DNA from: an uncultured Collinsella sp.
GTDB taxonomy: Bacteria; Actinomycetota; Coriobacteriia; Coriobacteriales; Coriobacteriaceae
NCBI GenBank assembly: GCA_937989885.1
Contig: CALKBP010000035.1
Coordinates: 5,427 to 69,426, forward strand
DNA: 64,000 bases
Direction of reading: 5' to 3'
The notes beneath the pieces are model-generated. The model saw only the letters and a list, made by a program, of their open reading frames with translations. It was not told the DNA's origin and searched no databases. Positions 17,272 to 27,654 of this stretch are shown here, piece by piece (position 1 is the stretch's first letter; each line of letters opens with the position of its first letter). A program made the position numbers and the translations under genes.

Positions 17272-20200
17272 ATGTACGTTCCACACCCCCGTATCCGTAG
17301 GCTGTCGAAAATCCCGCTTGTTGGGACGGCGGCGCTTGCTGCGTTGATCGCCACGAGCGTCGCCTGCTTCACGGCCACGCCCCAGGTTGCCCAGGCGGCA
17401 GACGCGCCCGCAATCACCGATATGACCGAGCAGGATTATCAAGCCCTGGGTCTGGGCACGAGCGAGGACATTCCGGCCGATACCGTTGGCCCCTATTCCA
17501 CTGATACCCCCACGACGTTTGCCACGCGCAGCGAGGTCTATATGGCAGCTAACGGTAGCCATGGCAATCGCTACACTCTGCGCGACAAGCTCGAGAACGT
17601 CGAGCGCGGTGACATTGGCGGCAGCAGCAAACTCACCGATGGCTATGGAAGTGTGTGGGGCGCCGCAAAGTTCTGACAAAACGTCAACAACTTCGATACG
17701 AACAGCGATCTCTACAAGCATAGCGACTACGGTGGCGGCACCTGGTCGTACCTAAGCAACAATGAGTCCTCAACAGTACTCGCCAACGACAACAACGGTT
17801 TCTCGGGCATTCACGCCACGAGTGTTGAGTTCTGCAGCGACGCCAGCACGGGCAAAAAGAGCCGCGTTGCCGAGCTCCGTGCCTACGGCGACAGTTCCTC
17901 CACGACGATTGACGGCAAGTCATACGCCGGAAAGGTTGAGCTGGTCCTCTACTCGTTTAGCAACGGGCGTACGCGCACTCTCGACACACACCTGCCGGTG
18001 ACGGTCAACACTAATATGATGTACGAAGGCCGTTTTAAGTACCTGGATGCCGGTTACCTGCAAGAGCACGACGCCGTCTTTGATGTCGAGGCGGGCGATG
18101 TCGATGGCGACGGCGTCGACGAGCTTTTTGTCTACGCGGGCTGCTATGTCGACGAGAACGGCGTGCGCAAGGCTGTAGTCGACATGTATGACTTGGAGGG
18201 CGGCAACTGGAAGCAAAGCGTCGTCAAGATCGATGCCGGTAACGCCGCGGACTACACCACGCACAACAAGGGCGGGGACGACTCCTGGACGCAGCTTCAG
18301 TCAGCTCCTGTCGTTTCGCTAGCGGCCGGCGACCTCGATCGCGATTTTTGCGATGACCTCGCCATCGTGGTCTCGGCACCCTACGGCAAGAAGAATATTG
18401 ATAAGTCGACGCATTGCGAGCTGTTTTCGTGGGATGCATCCAAGGGTGCGCTCGTCCATGTCGATGCTCTGGGCGACACGGGCGCAATCTCCCTCTCCGC
18501 GAACGGCAAGACCATGGTCGCTGCGAATGCGACGTTCGGCACGTTTGCCGCCTACGATGAAGAAGGAAAAAAGACGGGTGAAACCGTCACGGGCCTTATT
18601 CTTGCGGGCTATGACTGGCAACGCAGCGCTTTTGATTACGGCGCTTCTGACGGCAGCAAGGGGCTGTACGGCGCGCTGTACCGCTACGCGTATTTTGACT
18701 CGGAGTCTGGCGAGTTCAAGCTTTCCGATTGCAAGGAATACAGAGACGGGCTCCTCGCCTCCTATGGGCTGATGCATGTGCCCAACAGCGCATGGAAGGA
18801 TAGCGCTCAGGATAAGCGCTATCCGTGCACCTTGGCGCCTATTGCCCTTGCCACTGCCAACCTTGACGGCCTGTCCGAGCAGCTGGCGGTCGACGAGGTG
18901 CTCGTGGGCGGCGATGTGTTCCGCGACTTTGCCTGCAACACGGCACAGAGCGGGGCTCAGGGCTTGGGGTCCATGGTCGGAACCATGAGCATGTGCGGTC
19001 AGCAATACAACAGCAGCAACAAGCATGACCACAAGGGTATAGAGCAGGTGTGGATCAGCGACGTCAAGGCGGGCAGCGTCTCGGGTTCGGACCGCTATAA
19101 CGAGAGCTTTATCGCCGTGGTGGGCAAGCACCGCGACGAGGACCTGCGCAAGAACGATGACTACTATTGGATGACCGCCTCGCATTTTTCGCTCGACGAG
19201 AACGGAAAGGTGCGCCGCGGCGAGGAGCAGGTGATTAGCGAGAGCAACCGTCGCGGCACTACCTACGGCACATTTATCTCGCTCGCGCTGCCCGATGTCG
19301 ACAACGACAGCGTCAAGATCACGTACAAGGACCGCTACAAGGTCTATACCAACCCGCGCGTGCTTGCCGTGCTGCAGGATGCGCCCTATGTTGAGGATCT
19401 GGAGCAGGCATACGGCTATCTGGTGTTGGGCGGCACGTCATACGGAGAGGAAAAGGGCACGGGGACATCCCAGGGCTATACCATTGGCGCCGAGTTGGGC
19501 GTTGCCGTCGAGGTGCAGACCGGTCCGCCCCTGGTCGCGATGAATGCTTCAGTCGATTTTGCCGCCGAGGGATGCTATGACTACCGGAGCGAGCGCACGG
19601 TCAGCGCAAGCGTAAGCTATGAGTCGCATGCCGGCGAGGGTGACAAGGCCGTGCTCTACACGATTCCGATGGTCTATTACGAGTATGAGATCGAAAATGA
19701 GGAAACTGGTGGCAAGGGCGTGATGGCGGCGCCCGTGTCGCTCGGCGCGCAGACCTCGGTCGTTAATGTCGAGGCCTATGACCGCATTGCCAAACAGCAC
19801 AATATGACGCCGCTCAGCTACTTTTTGACCAACCGGTCGGGAGAACCCGGAACCTATCAAACGACGCTCAACGGCGAGACTCCCGTTGGGGATTCCTTTG
19901 GCCTGGGCAAGCCTGGCGTAACGCGCGCCTACACGCACGATGGGTTTAACGGCGCCGCCGCGCAGTCGGGGGCGAGCATTGAGCAGACCATCGAAGTCGA
20001 GGAGGGCAAGGAGCAGGAGCTCGAGCTCGGCTTGACGCTGAACGGCAGCGTTGTCATGGGCGCGAAGCTCGCAAAGCACGAGTTGTTTGGCGGCCTGTGC
20101 TTTGGTGCCAACGCCGGCTTTACTACGGGTAACTCCTCGAGTGAATCGACCGAATACGGCGGCACCGTCGACAACCTGCCCGAGGCCGCGCAGGGCAAGT

Positions 20201-21360
20201 ACGGTTTTGTGTGGCGTCTGGGCGTCAACGCGGTGGATGTCGACAAGTTCGAGGCAGATTCGGGCGACAAGCTCGGCACCAAGGACACCGACCAGTTCTG
20301 GATCGTGGGCTATGACGTTAAGGACGTCGAGATGCCCGACGCGCCGGCCGTGACGGGCTTTACGGCAAACGCCGTCGATTCGACCAGCGTTACGTTTAGC
20401 TGGGACGATGTGCTCGCAAACAAGAGTGGCTTTAGCTACGGCGTGGGCATGCTGCAGAGCAATGCGGCGGATGCGGTCGTCAATAGCTGGAAGATTGCCG
20501 ACAACACGCAGACCTCGCTCAAGTGGGATGGGCTGCAGCCCAATACGGAGTATCGATTCGCCATCGCCGCCGTTAAGAATGGATCCACGACCGAAACAGG
20601 TATTCGCTCGGCAATCATCACGGTCAAGACCATGCCCGATGGCATGACGATGACCGTGAGCGGACCTGCGGCGGATGCTGCGGAGGGGTCGGATCTTGGA
20701 TACGACTCTTCGGTTGAGCGCACGGCGGGAAGCCACCTGACGCTCTCGGCGATTGGCCATGTGAAGCAACTCGGTGCCGACGATAGCGAAACAGGGCTGG
20801 CACCGACCTATATGTGGTACCGCAAGGGCCGCGGCGAGACAGAGTTTAAGCTCGTGGGTGCCGATGGCAACCTCGCGGCTGGAACGGCCTCAAAGCTCGA
20901 GATTGACCTGACCGCAGACGATGACGGTGCGCAGTATTACTGCCACGTGGGATACAACGAGGTGGGCCTCGACACCGGCACGACGCTCGTGAATATCGAG
21001 GCCGAGGAGACGGCGCTCACAACGGTGAACGCCACCCCGATCCGCACGCGCCGCCTGTTCTCACAGGCAAGTGCGGGCGCCAAGAAGTTCCTGGACCATA
21101 CGCTGGTAAACACCGCCGGCCCAACCGATTCCGAAGGCTCAAAGGACCCCGAGACTCCTGAGACCCCGACGAACCCGGACAAGCCCAAGTCCGACAACGG
21201 AGCTAAGACCGACACCAAGGTCAAGGCTACGACCACAGCGAAGAACCTCGCAAACACCGGCGACCAAACATTCGCCCTAGTCGCCACCGCAGCAGCAGCG
21301 GGAGCAACGCTCGTAGTGATAGCCCTCATCATGCTGATCAAGCGCCGCAAGACCCACTAG
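17272..21360 (+). pseudogene. Giant LAXTG-anchored cell-surface protein (FG-GAP-like repeats + fibronectin type III domain) interrupted by one in-frame TGA at 17674-17676
   Basis: The N-terminal piece (17272-17676) has a Sec-type signal peptide (MYVPHPRIRRLSKIPLVGTAALAALIATSVACFTATPQVAQA) but no anchor. The downstream piece (open in the same frame from 17677 to 21360) has no Met/signal peptide for >100 codons but ends with the sorting signal LANTG + hydrophobic segment + KRRKTH. FG-GAP-like motifs DVDGDGVDELFVYAG and AAGDLDRDFCDDLAIVV; FN3-like VTGFTANAVDSTSVTFSWDD...TEYRFAIAAV. So it is one gene split by a single stop codon. Confidence 0.65.
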
Positions 21361-21446
21361 TAGCCAGTCGAACATATCGACAACCCAAAAACCCGGGTAG
21401 CCAAAAACAGGCCACCCGGGTTTTCTGTTGAGTGGAGACTCCGCAA

Positions 21447-21590
21447 GCGGAAACTGCATCCCACAATTAGCGCCCGGAACGGGACACATTTTCCGTCAAG
21501 CCCTCATCCGGAAAATCCATCCCAGTTTGAGCGGAAACTGCATCCCATTCCAGACAAGAATTCCGGGACACGCTTTCCGGATACAAAGAA
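21447..21590. repeat. BIME-like alternating-orientation repeat array (same unit family as 16880-17125), downstream of the giant surface-protein gene
   Basis: cggaaactgcatcccaca, gggacacattttccg, ccggaaaatccatccca, cggaaactgcatccca, ccgggacacgctttccgg. Confidence 0.6.
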
Positions 21591-21700
21591 GGCCACATGA
21601 CGTGGCCTTCAACTTATATATGTTCAGCAGATTCCCCCATGACAAGCCGCGCTTCAATACCGAGGCGCCGGCCGGGCAGACGAACCGGGATACAGGCCCG

Positions 21701-24016
21701 CTACTTGATCTTGGTCGTACCCGGCGCCAGGTTGGGGTCGGTCTCGTTGGCCTCGGTCTGGAAGTGCTCGGTGTACACATTCTTGCCGTCACGGAACATC
21801 TCGTAGTACTGCATCTTGGCGTAATCCTCGCGCGCCTTGGTTGCGGCTGCGGCATCGGCGTCGTCACCGGTGACGTTGGAGGAAAGCGCCCAGCGCAGGC
21901 TGGCGTCCTCGTAGCCCACCGAGTTGATAGCGGGCAGCGACTCGCGCAGCGTCATGTGCGCCTTCTGGTAGTCGGTCAGCGGTGCGCCGATCAGCTGCAT
22001 AAGCTGCGTGGACAGGTAGTTGGTGGACAGGTCGTCGACCTCGCTCGTCTGGTTGCAGCCGGCAACGTCGTAGTTAGCCCAAATGATGTAGTCGGTCTGC
22101 CACAAGCGCTCCTGGTGGGTGGCGTCGTCCTCGCCGGTAAACCACTTATCGTTGAATTTGGACGGGAAGAACGGCTGATGGTCGCCCCAGAACACCACGA
22201 CCACCTTGCGGTCGAGTTTGCTCAGGGCGTTGAGGAAGTAACGCAGCGCCTGGTCGGACTGCTCGATGCACGAGACGTACTCGTCGACATCGGAGAGCGT
22301 GCCGTCCTCGATGGTCTTGGCGTCCAGATCGGTCGTGTCGATGTTCAGGTGCATCTGCTTGTCGACCGGCAGCAGGCCCGTATCGTAGCCCGAGTGGTTC
22401 TGCATGGTCACGTCGAAGATAAACTGCGGATCGGCGTTCTGGTTGAGCATCTCAAGAATCTTGTCGTAGGTAGCCTGGTCGGTCACCATGCCGCGCAGGG
22501 TATCGGCGCCCTGGAAATCGTTGATGGACAGGAACTGGTCAAAGCCAAAGTCCTTGTAGACGTTCTCGCGGTTCCAGTTGGTGGCGTGGTTGGGGTGCAT
22601 GGCCGTGGTGGAATATCCGAGCGACTTGAACTGCTCTGCCAGGTTCCCGGTCGTTTCCATGTTGTAGATGGTGTAGGGGTACACGCCCGAGCCCAGGTTG
22701 GCCATGGAGTTGCCGGTCATAAACTCAAACTCGGTATTGGCGGTGCCGCCGCCGTAGGCGCTCACGTAGAGCTTGCCGCGGCTGAGGCAGTTGGACAGGT
22801 TCTTAAAGTACTGCGGGCCTTCGTAGCCGGCGCGCATGTTCTGGTAGATCGAAAGATCCGAGAAGGTCTCGTTCATGATGGCGATGACCGTGGGCTTCTC
22901 GCTGTCGAACTGCTCCTTTGCGGCGGCGCGCTCGTCGCTCTCGGCCGCGTCGGACTTGTCGTAGGCCTTGGCGTACTTTTTGAGCGTGGCCTTGGCATCG
23001 TCGACGGAGTAGTCGGCGGGTTTGGGCGGCTTGATGGACTGCGCTGCGCTAATGAAAGCGGGCAGGTAGCCCTCGCGCCAGTAGCTCTCGAGCGGGCGCC
23101 AGGTGTAGACGGTGATGCCGAGGGTGTTGTAGTAGTCGATGAGCGTGACGTGTGCGGTCACACCGCCCAGGCACAGCACGGCGACGAGCAGGTTGGTGAG
23201 CAGCATGCGCTTGGCGTTGGCGGCGCCCTTCTGACGGTGCGGTGCCACCAGGCCGGCGTACTCGCACAGCAGCATGGCGATGGCGGTAAAGCCCATGGAC
23301 AGCACGCAGAACAGTGAGATCGAGAAGGTGTAGCCGGTGCCGGCGACCGCGGCGGCGGTGGAGATGGCCGAAAGGTCGCCCGGCTGGATGGGCATGGATT
23401 TAAATGTGATGACGAAGAACTCGGCAATGCCCAGGACAAAGAGGGCAAAGGCCAGGACCGCGGGAGCTGCGCCGTGGCGCTGGAACAGGAAGAACAGGCC
23501 GGTCATGAGCGTGGTGATGATGGCCCACTCGAGCAGGATGCACAGGGGGTAGACCCAGGTAAAGTCGTGGTTGGACGATACCTCCATGCCTAGCAGCGCA
23601 AAGACGCCGGCGAGCAGCAGGCACAGCACGGCGGCGACGAGTGGCTTGCCCACAAAGGCGCCGCGCAGGCGGGCGAGCTTGCCGGTGGGAGCGGGGGCGT
23701 CGGGCGCGGCGAACGCAAAGACGCGCGGGGCGATGCGGTCGCGTGCGATGCTGGCCCAAGCGCAGCCGGTGAGGATGGCGTTGGTCAGGATGAGCATCAC
23801 AAAGGCGAGCGGCTCGTTTTGGGCGACGAGGCCAATGGCGCCCCAAATGGTCAAAAAGAGCTGGAACAGGCCGAAGGCGACGCTCCACCCAAGAGCGCTT
23901 TTGGCAACGGTGCCCGACTGAGCGCGAATGGCCTTGGCCTCGCGCAAGACAAGGTAGACGGTCGCCGCAAGACCGACGAGCGAGATGGCGGCAGCGAACA
24001 TGCTGAGACTCCTCAC
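21701..24016 (-). CDS. LTA synthase / sulfatase-family membrane protein (LtaS-like phosphoglycerol transferase family)
   Basis: N-terminal ~5 TM helices followed by a large extracytoplasmic alkaline-phosphatase-superfamily domain (e.g. VVVFWGDHQP). Confidence 0.65.
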   Translation of the reverse strand: MRSLSMFAAAISLVGLAATVYLVLREAKAIRAQSGTVAKSALGWSVAFGLFQLFLTIWGAIGLVAQNEPLAFVMLILTNAILTGCAWASIARDRIAPRVFAFAAPDAPAPTGKLARLRGAFVGKPLVAAVLCLLLAGVFALLGMEVSSNHDFTWVYPLCILLEWAIITTLMTGLFFLFQRHGAAPAVLAFALFVLGIAEFFVITFKSMPIQPGDLSAISTAAAVAGTGYTFSISLFCVLSMGFTAIAMLLCEYAGLVAPHRQKGAANAKRMLLTNLLVAVLCLGGVTAHVTLIDYYNTLGITVYTWRPLESYWREGYLPAFISAAQSIKPPKPADYSVDDAKATLKKYAKAYDKSDAAESDERAAAKEQFDSEKPTVIAIMNETFSDLSIYQNMRAGYEGPQYFKNLSNCLSRGKLYVSAYGGGTANTEFEFMTGNSMANLGSGVYPYTIYNMETTGNLAEQFKSLGYSTTAMHPNHATNWNRENVYKDFGFDQFLSINDFQGADTLRGMVTDQATYDKILEMLNQNADPQFIFDVTMQNHSGYDTGLLPVDKQMHLNIDTTDLDAKTIEDGTLSDVDEYVSCIEQSDQALRYFLNALSKLDRKVVVVFWGDHQPFFPSKFNDKWFTGEDDATHQERLWQTDYIIWANYDVAGCNQTSEVDDLSTNYLSTQLMQLIGAPLTDYQKAHMTLRESLPAINSVGYEDASLRWALSSNVTGDDADAAAATKAREDYAKMQYYEMFRDGKNVYTEHFQTEANETDPNLAPGTTKIK

Positions 24017-24214
24017 AAACTAAAACGTACGAAAGCGGGGGTTTACCCGATTGTTACCAAGATATGCGCTGCAATTGGTGTCTGCGCACAACAACCAGCC
24101 ATATTAACGCGCACGTGTGGCGGTGTGGCGCAATGTAGTGGCGACCTGCGCGATAATGGACGGGAATTACACGGAAACGTAAAGGCTTCTTAAAGAATTA
24201 GCGAGGATAGAGCT

Positions 24215-25090
24215 ATGGGCGAGCAGGTTTGTATGACGGGTGCCGAGTACTGCGGCGGAGCTGCGGGCGTGGATGCGAACGGTTATCCGGTCGAGACTAC
24301 GGGTAATGCGGTGCTGGACACGTTGGAGCACCGTTCCTCCACGCGTGCCTTCGCGCGTGATGACGACGACCGCCCCGTGGCGGTGACCGACGAGCAGCGG
24401 GCGGCGATTTTGCATGCGGCGAGTCGCGCGCCGTCGGCGGGCGCCATGATGATGTATTCCATCGTGAGCATCCGCGAGCAGGCAACGCTCGACCGCCTGG
24501 CCGACCTGTGCGACCACCAACCCATGATTGCCAAGGCGCCCTGGGCACTAATATTTGTGGTCGATTATGCCAAGTGGATCGATCTGTTTGAGCACGTGGG
24601 CTGCTTTGAGCCCGAGTTTGTCGAGCGCACGGGCAAGGCACCCCGCCGCGCGCCGGGTTTGGGCGACTTTGCCATCGCGGCGCAGGATGCCGTGATCGCC
24701 GCGCAAAACGCCGTGGTTGCCGCCGAGGCCCTGGGGCTGGGGAGCTGCTACATCGGCGATATCGTCGAGAATGCCGAGGAAGTCGCCGAGCTGCTCGATC
24801 TGCCGCCCTATACCATGCCGCTATCGATGCTCATCATCGGCACGCCCCGTAAGGAGCGCCCGGCAATCGCGCATCCCGTGGTGAACCTGGTGCACGAGGA
24901 GCGCTACTGCCGCGCGGATGCCGCGACCATGGACGCGCAGGTGGCCGAGATGGACGCAATGTTCCGTCCGCATGCCCGCGAGGTGGGGGAGCGCGTCGTG
25001 GACATCTATACCCGCAAGCACACGAGTCCCTTTATGGCCGAGATGAGCCGATCCATGGAATGGTGGTTCAAAAACTGGCTTGGAAAATGA
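24215..25090 (+). CDS. Nitroreductase family protein
   Basis: LEHRSSTRAFARDD...AILHAASRAPSAGAMMMYSIVSI... and ALIFVVDYAKW are consistent with the nitroreductase (NADH oxidase/flavin reductase) fold. Confidence 0.65.
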   Translation: MGEQVCMTGAEYCGGAAGVDANGYPVETTGNAVLDTLEHRSSTRAFARDDDDRPVAVTDEQRAAILHAASRAPSAGAMMMYSIVSIREQATLDRLADLCDHQPMIAKAPWALIFVVDYAKWIDLFEHVGCFEPEFVERTGKAPRRAPGLGDFAIAAQDAVIAAQNAVVAAEALGLGSCYIGDIVENAEEVAELLDLPPYTMPLSMLIIGTPRKERPAIAHPVVNLVHEERYCRADAATMDAQVAEMDAMFRPHAREVGERVVDIYTRKHTSPFMAEMSRSMEWWFKNWLGK

Positions 25091-25093
25091 CGA

Positions 25094-25125
25094 ATGTGAC
25101 AAAGGGGCAGTCCCTTTGTTACATT
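25094..25125. repeat. REP-like palindrome family 2, copy 2 (aatgtgacaaaggggcagtccctttgttacatt)
   Basis: Near-perfect palindrome directly after the nitroreductase stop. Confidence 0.65.
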
Positions 25126-25249
25126 TCATATCGCCGCGGTGGCCTAAAGGCCGTATAAATGTTTATTTAGCTGGGAAAACAGTGCCATTCAAACATGGGC
25201 CGATTACCTATAATTCCTTCGAACATTAAAGTTGGGAGGAAACCGGCTT

Positions 25250-27277
25250 ATGGAACAAAAGGCCAAGGAGGCAGCCTCGCACGCTGCGATTCCTGTGAGC
25301 ATCTCGGCGATGCTCGTCACGCTGGGCGTGGTGTACGGCGATATCGGCACCAGCCCTATGTATGTAACCAAGGCGCTCGTTGCCGGCAACGGCGGCATCG
25401 GAAGCGTGACGGAGGAGTTCGTGCTTGGCGCGCTCTCCCTTGTCGTGTGGACGGTCACGCTGCTGACCACCATCAAGTATGTGCTCATCTCGCTGCGCGC
25501 CGATAACCATGGTGAGGGCGGCATCTTTGCCCTGTACAGCCTGGTCAAGCGCTGTGGCAAGTGGCTTATCATCCCCGCCATGCTGGGTGGCGCCGCGCTG
25601 CTCGCCGACGGCATCCTGACGCCGGCCGTTACCGTTACCACGGCCATCGAGGGCCTGCGCACCATCCCGGCGGTCCATGCCGTGCTGGGCGATGACCAAG
25701 GCCGCGTCGTCGCCATTACGCTCGCCATCATCATCGCGCTCTTCTTGGTACAGCGCATCGGTACGGCCAAGATCGGTCACGCCTTTGGCCCCATCATGAC
25801 GCTGTGGTTCCTGTTCCTGGGCGGCACGGGTCTGTTCTTTGTCTTCCAGCACCCCGCCGTGCTGCTGTGCCTCAACCCGGTGCGCGGCATCGCCTTTTTG
25901 CTGAGCCCCAACAACCACGCGGGCATCATGATTCTGGGCAGCTGCTTCCTCGCCACCACCGGTGCCGAGGCGCTCTACTCCGACATGGGCCACGTCGGCC
26001 GCGGCAACATCTACGCTACCTGGCCGTTCGTTAAGTGCTGCTTGCTGCTGTCCTACATGGGCCAGGGCGCGTGGCTTATCAACAATGCCGCCAACCCCGA
26101 GCTCATGGGTATCGCCGACCTCAACCCCTTCTACCAGATGCTCACCCCGGGCCTGCGTCCCTTTGCCGTCGGCCTTTCCACCGTCGCGGCCATCATTGCC
26201 TCGCAGGCGCTCATCACCGGCGCATTCTCGCTGGTGTCCGAGGCCAGCCGCCTGGACCTTATGCCGCACATGCAGGTTTTCTACCCTGCTGAGACCAAAG
26301 GCCAGCTTTATATTCCCATGGTCAACAACGTCATGCTCGTGGGCTGCGTCATCGTGGTGCTGCTGTTCCAGAACTCGGCGCATATGGAAGCCGCCTACGG
26401 CCTTGCCATTACGCTGACTATGATGTGCACCACGATGCTGCTCTTCTTCTACCTGCACGAGGAGCGCAAACTCAAGGTTGCTCCGTGGATCTTCGCGGCC
26501 TTCTTCCTTTTGCTCGAAGGCTTCTTCTTCGTGAGTTCGCTCACCAAGTTCTTCCACGGCGGCTACTTCACCATCCTTATGGCCATGCTCATCATGGGCA
26601 TTATGGTGTGCTGGTACAACGGCACGGCGGTCGAGCAGCGCCAGTTTACGCTGCTGCCGCTGCGCAGCTACCTGCCGCAGCTCAAGCGCCTGCGCGACGA
26701 CGACCGTTACGAGCGCATGAGCGACAACGTCGTGTACCTGACCAAGGACACCCATACCGACTACATCGACCGCGATATCGTCTATTCGATCTTGGACAAG
26801 CATCCCAAGCGCGCCCGCGCCTGGTGGTTTGTGAATGTCGAGACCATGGACGAACCGCACACCTTTGCCTATTCGGTCGAGACGTTCGGCACCGACTACG
26901 TGTTCCGCGTGCATCTGTACCTGGGCTACAAGATCAACCAGCGCGTCAATGCCTACCTGCGTCAGGTTGTTCAGGACCTGGCTGCCACCGGCGAGTTGCC
27001 GCCGCAGACGCATGACTACTCGGTCTACAAGGATCCGGGTAACATCGGCACGTTCAAGTTCGTCCTGATCCGTAAGCTTCTGGCGCCCGAAAGCGATGTG
27101 GAGCCCAGCGAGCGTACGGCCATCACGCTCAAGTACATCATCCGTCGCGCCGCCGGCACGCCTGCGCGTTGGTACGGCCTGGAGAACTCCAACGTGAGCT
27201 TTGAGTACGTGCCGCTGTTCACCAAGTTCAAAGCCGTGAACAAGATGCAGCGCCTGGCCCCCAACGAGCGCCCGTAG
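25250..27277 (+). CDS. kup: Potassium uptake protein Kup (KUP/HAK/KT family)
   Basis: GVVYGDIGTSPMYV motif at the N-terminus; 12 TM region + cytoplasmic C-terminal domain. RBS gggagga 7 nt upstream of ATG 25250; -10-like tataat at 25210-25215. Confidence 0.85.
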   Translation: MEQKAKEAASHAAIPVSISAMLVTLGVVYGDIGTSPMYVTKALVAGNGGIGSVTEEFVLGALSLVVWTVTLLTTIKYVLISLRADNHGEGGIFALYSLVKRCGKWLIIPAMLGGAALLADGILTPAVTVTTAIEGLRTIPAVHAVLGDDQGRVVAITLAIIIALFLVQRIGTAKIGHAFGPIMTLWFLFLGGTGLFFVFQHPAVLLCLNPVRGIAFLLSPNNHAGIMILGSCFLATTGAEALYSDMGHVGRGNIYATWPFVKCCLLLSYMGQGAWLINNAANPELMGIADLNPFYQMLTPGLRPFAVGLSTVAAIIASQALITGAFSLVSEASRLDLMPHMQVFYPAETKGQLYIPMVNNVMLVGCVIVVLLFQNSAHMEAAYGLAITLTMMCTTMLLFFYLHEERKLKVAPWIFAAFFLLLEGFFFVSSLTKFFHGGYFTILMAMLIMGIMVCWYNGTAVEQRQFTLLPLRSYLPQLKRLRDDDRYERMSDNVVYLTKDTHTDYIDRDIVYSILDKHPKRARAWWFVNVETMDEPHTFAYSVETFGTDYVFRVHLYLGYKINQRVNAYLRQVVQDLAATGELPPQTHDYSVYKDPGNIGTFKFVLIRKLLAPESDVEPSERTAITLKYIIRRAAGTPARWYGLENSNVSFEYVPLFTKFKAVNKMQRLAPNERP

Positions 27278-27316
27278 TCGACGCTCGAGGTTTGTCTGCG
27301 AACGGGCGGGCTTGTA

Positions 27317-27541
27317 TTGATGGGGATTGAGTCCTGGGAGGAAACCATGGATGCAAAGGTGCTTGACGGTTGCGATCTTGCTGCCGAGATGGTGCGTGAG
27401 GCACGCGCCGATGCCGCCGAAGATCGGTTCTTTACGAATCGTGCCAACATGGACATGGCCGATCGCGTGATTTCGATCGTGGTGACGGTGCTTGTCGCGG
27501 CGTGCGTGTGCGCACTGCTCGCGCACGTGCTGTTTGTCTAA
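27317..27541 (+). CDS. Hypothetical small protein with C-terminal transmembrane helix
   Basis: 74-aa ORF ending VISIVVTVLVAACVCALLAHVLFV, followed by a strong terminator; no recognisable family. Could be non-coding. Confidence 0.3.
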   Translation: MMGIESWEETMDAKVLDGCDLAAEMVREARADAAEDRFFTNRANMDMADRVISIVVTVLVAACVCALLAHVLFV

Positions 27542-27573
27542 CGACCGCAGGTTGCAAAGGCTTTACACTTGGA

Positions 27574-27635
27574 ACCACCACAAGGGGAAACCACCACAAG
27601 GGTGCCTGTCCCCTTTGTGGTGGTTTTTGTTTTTG
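27574..27635 (+). terminator. Rho-independent terminator
   Basis: accaccacaagggg(x2) ... cccctttgtggtggt followed by ttttgttttt. Confidence 0.65.
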
Positions 27636-27654
27636 AGAGAGGGGCGGGACGCTG

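Noticed and set aside
17674-17740. Selenocysteine recoding of the in-frame TGA in the giant surface protein
   Set aside because: No convincing SECIS-like hairpin within ~40 nt downstream; local context (GAAKF-TGA-QNVNN) is not a redox CxxU/UxxC motif; an extracellular adhesin is an unlikely selenoprotein. Kept as a low-probability alternative in the finding.
25226-27526. 766-aa minus-strand ORF overlapping kup, and similar long antisense ORFs (37350-39830 +, 34947-37169 +, 21428-23317 +, 5017-6333 -, 1861-3111 -, 12384-13910 -, 42131-44086 +, 43917-45296 +, 60439-61548 -, 19549-20769 -)
   Set aside because: Typical high-GC antisense open frames: low-complexity Arg/Gly/Ala/His-rich translations with no motifs, whereas the opposite strand encodes proteins with clear family signatures.
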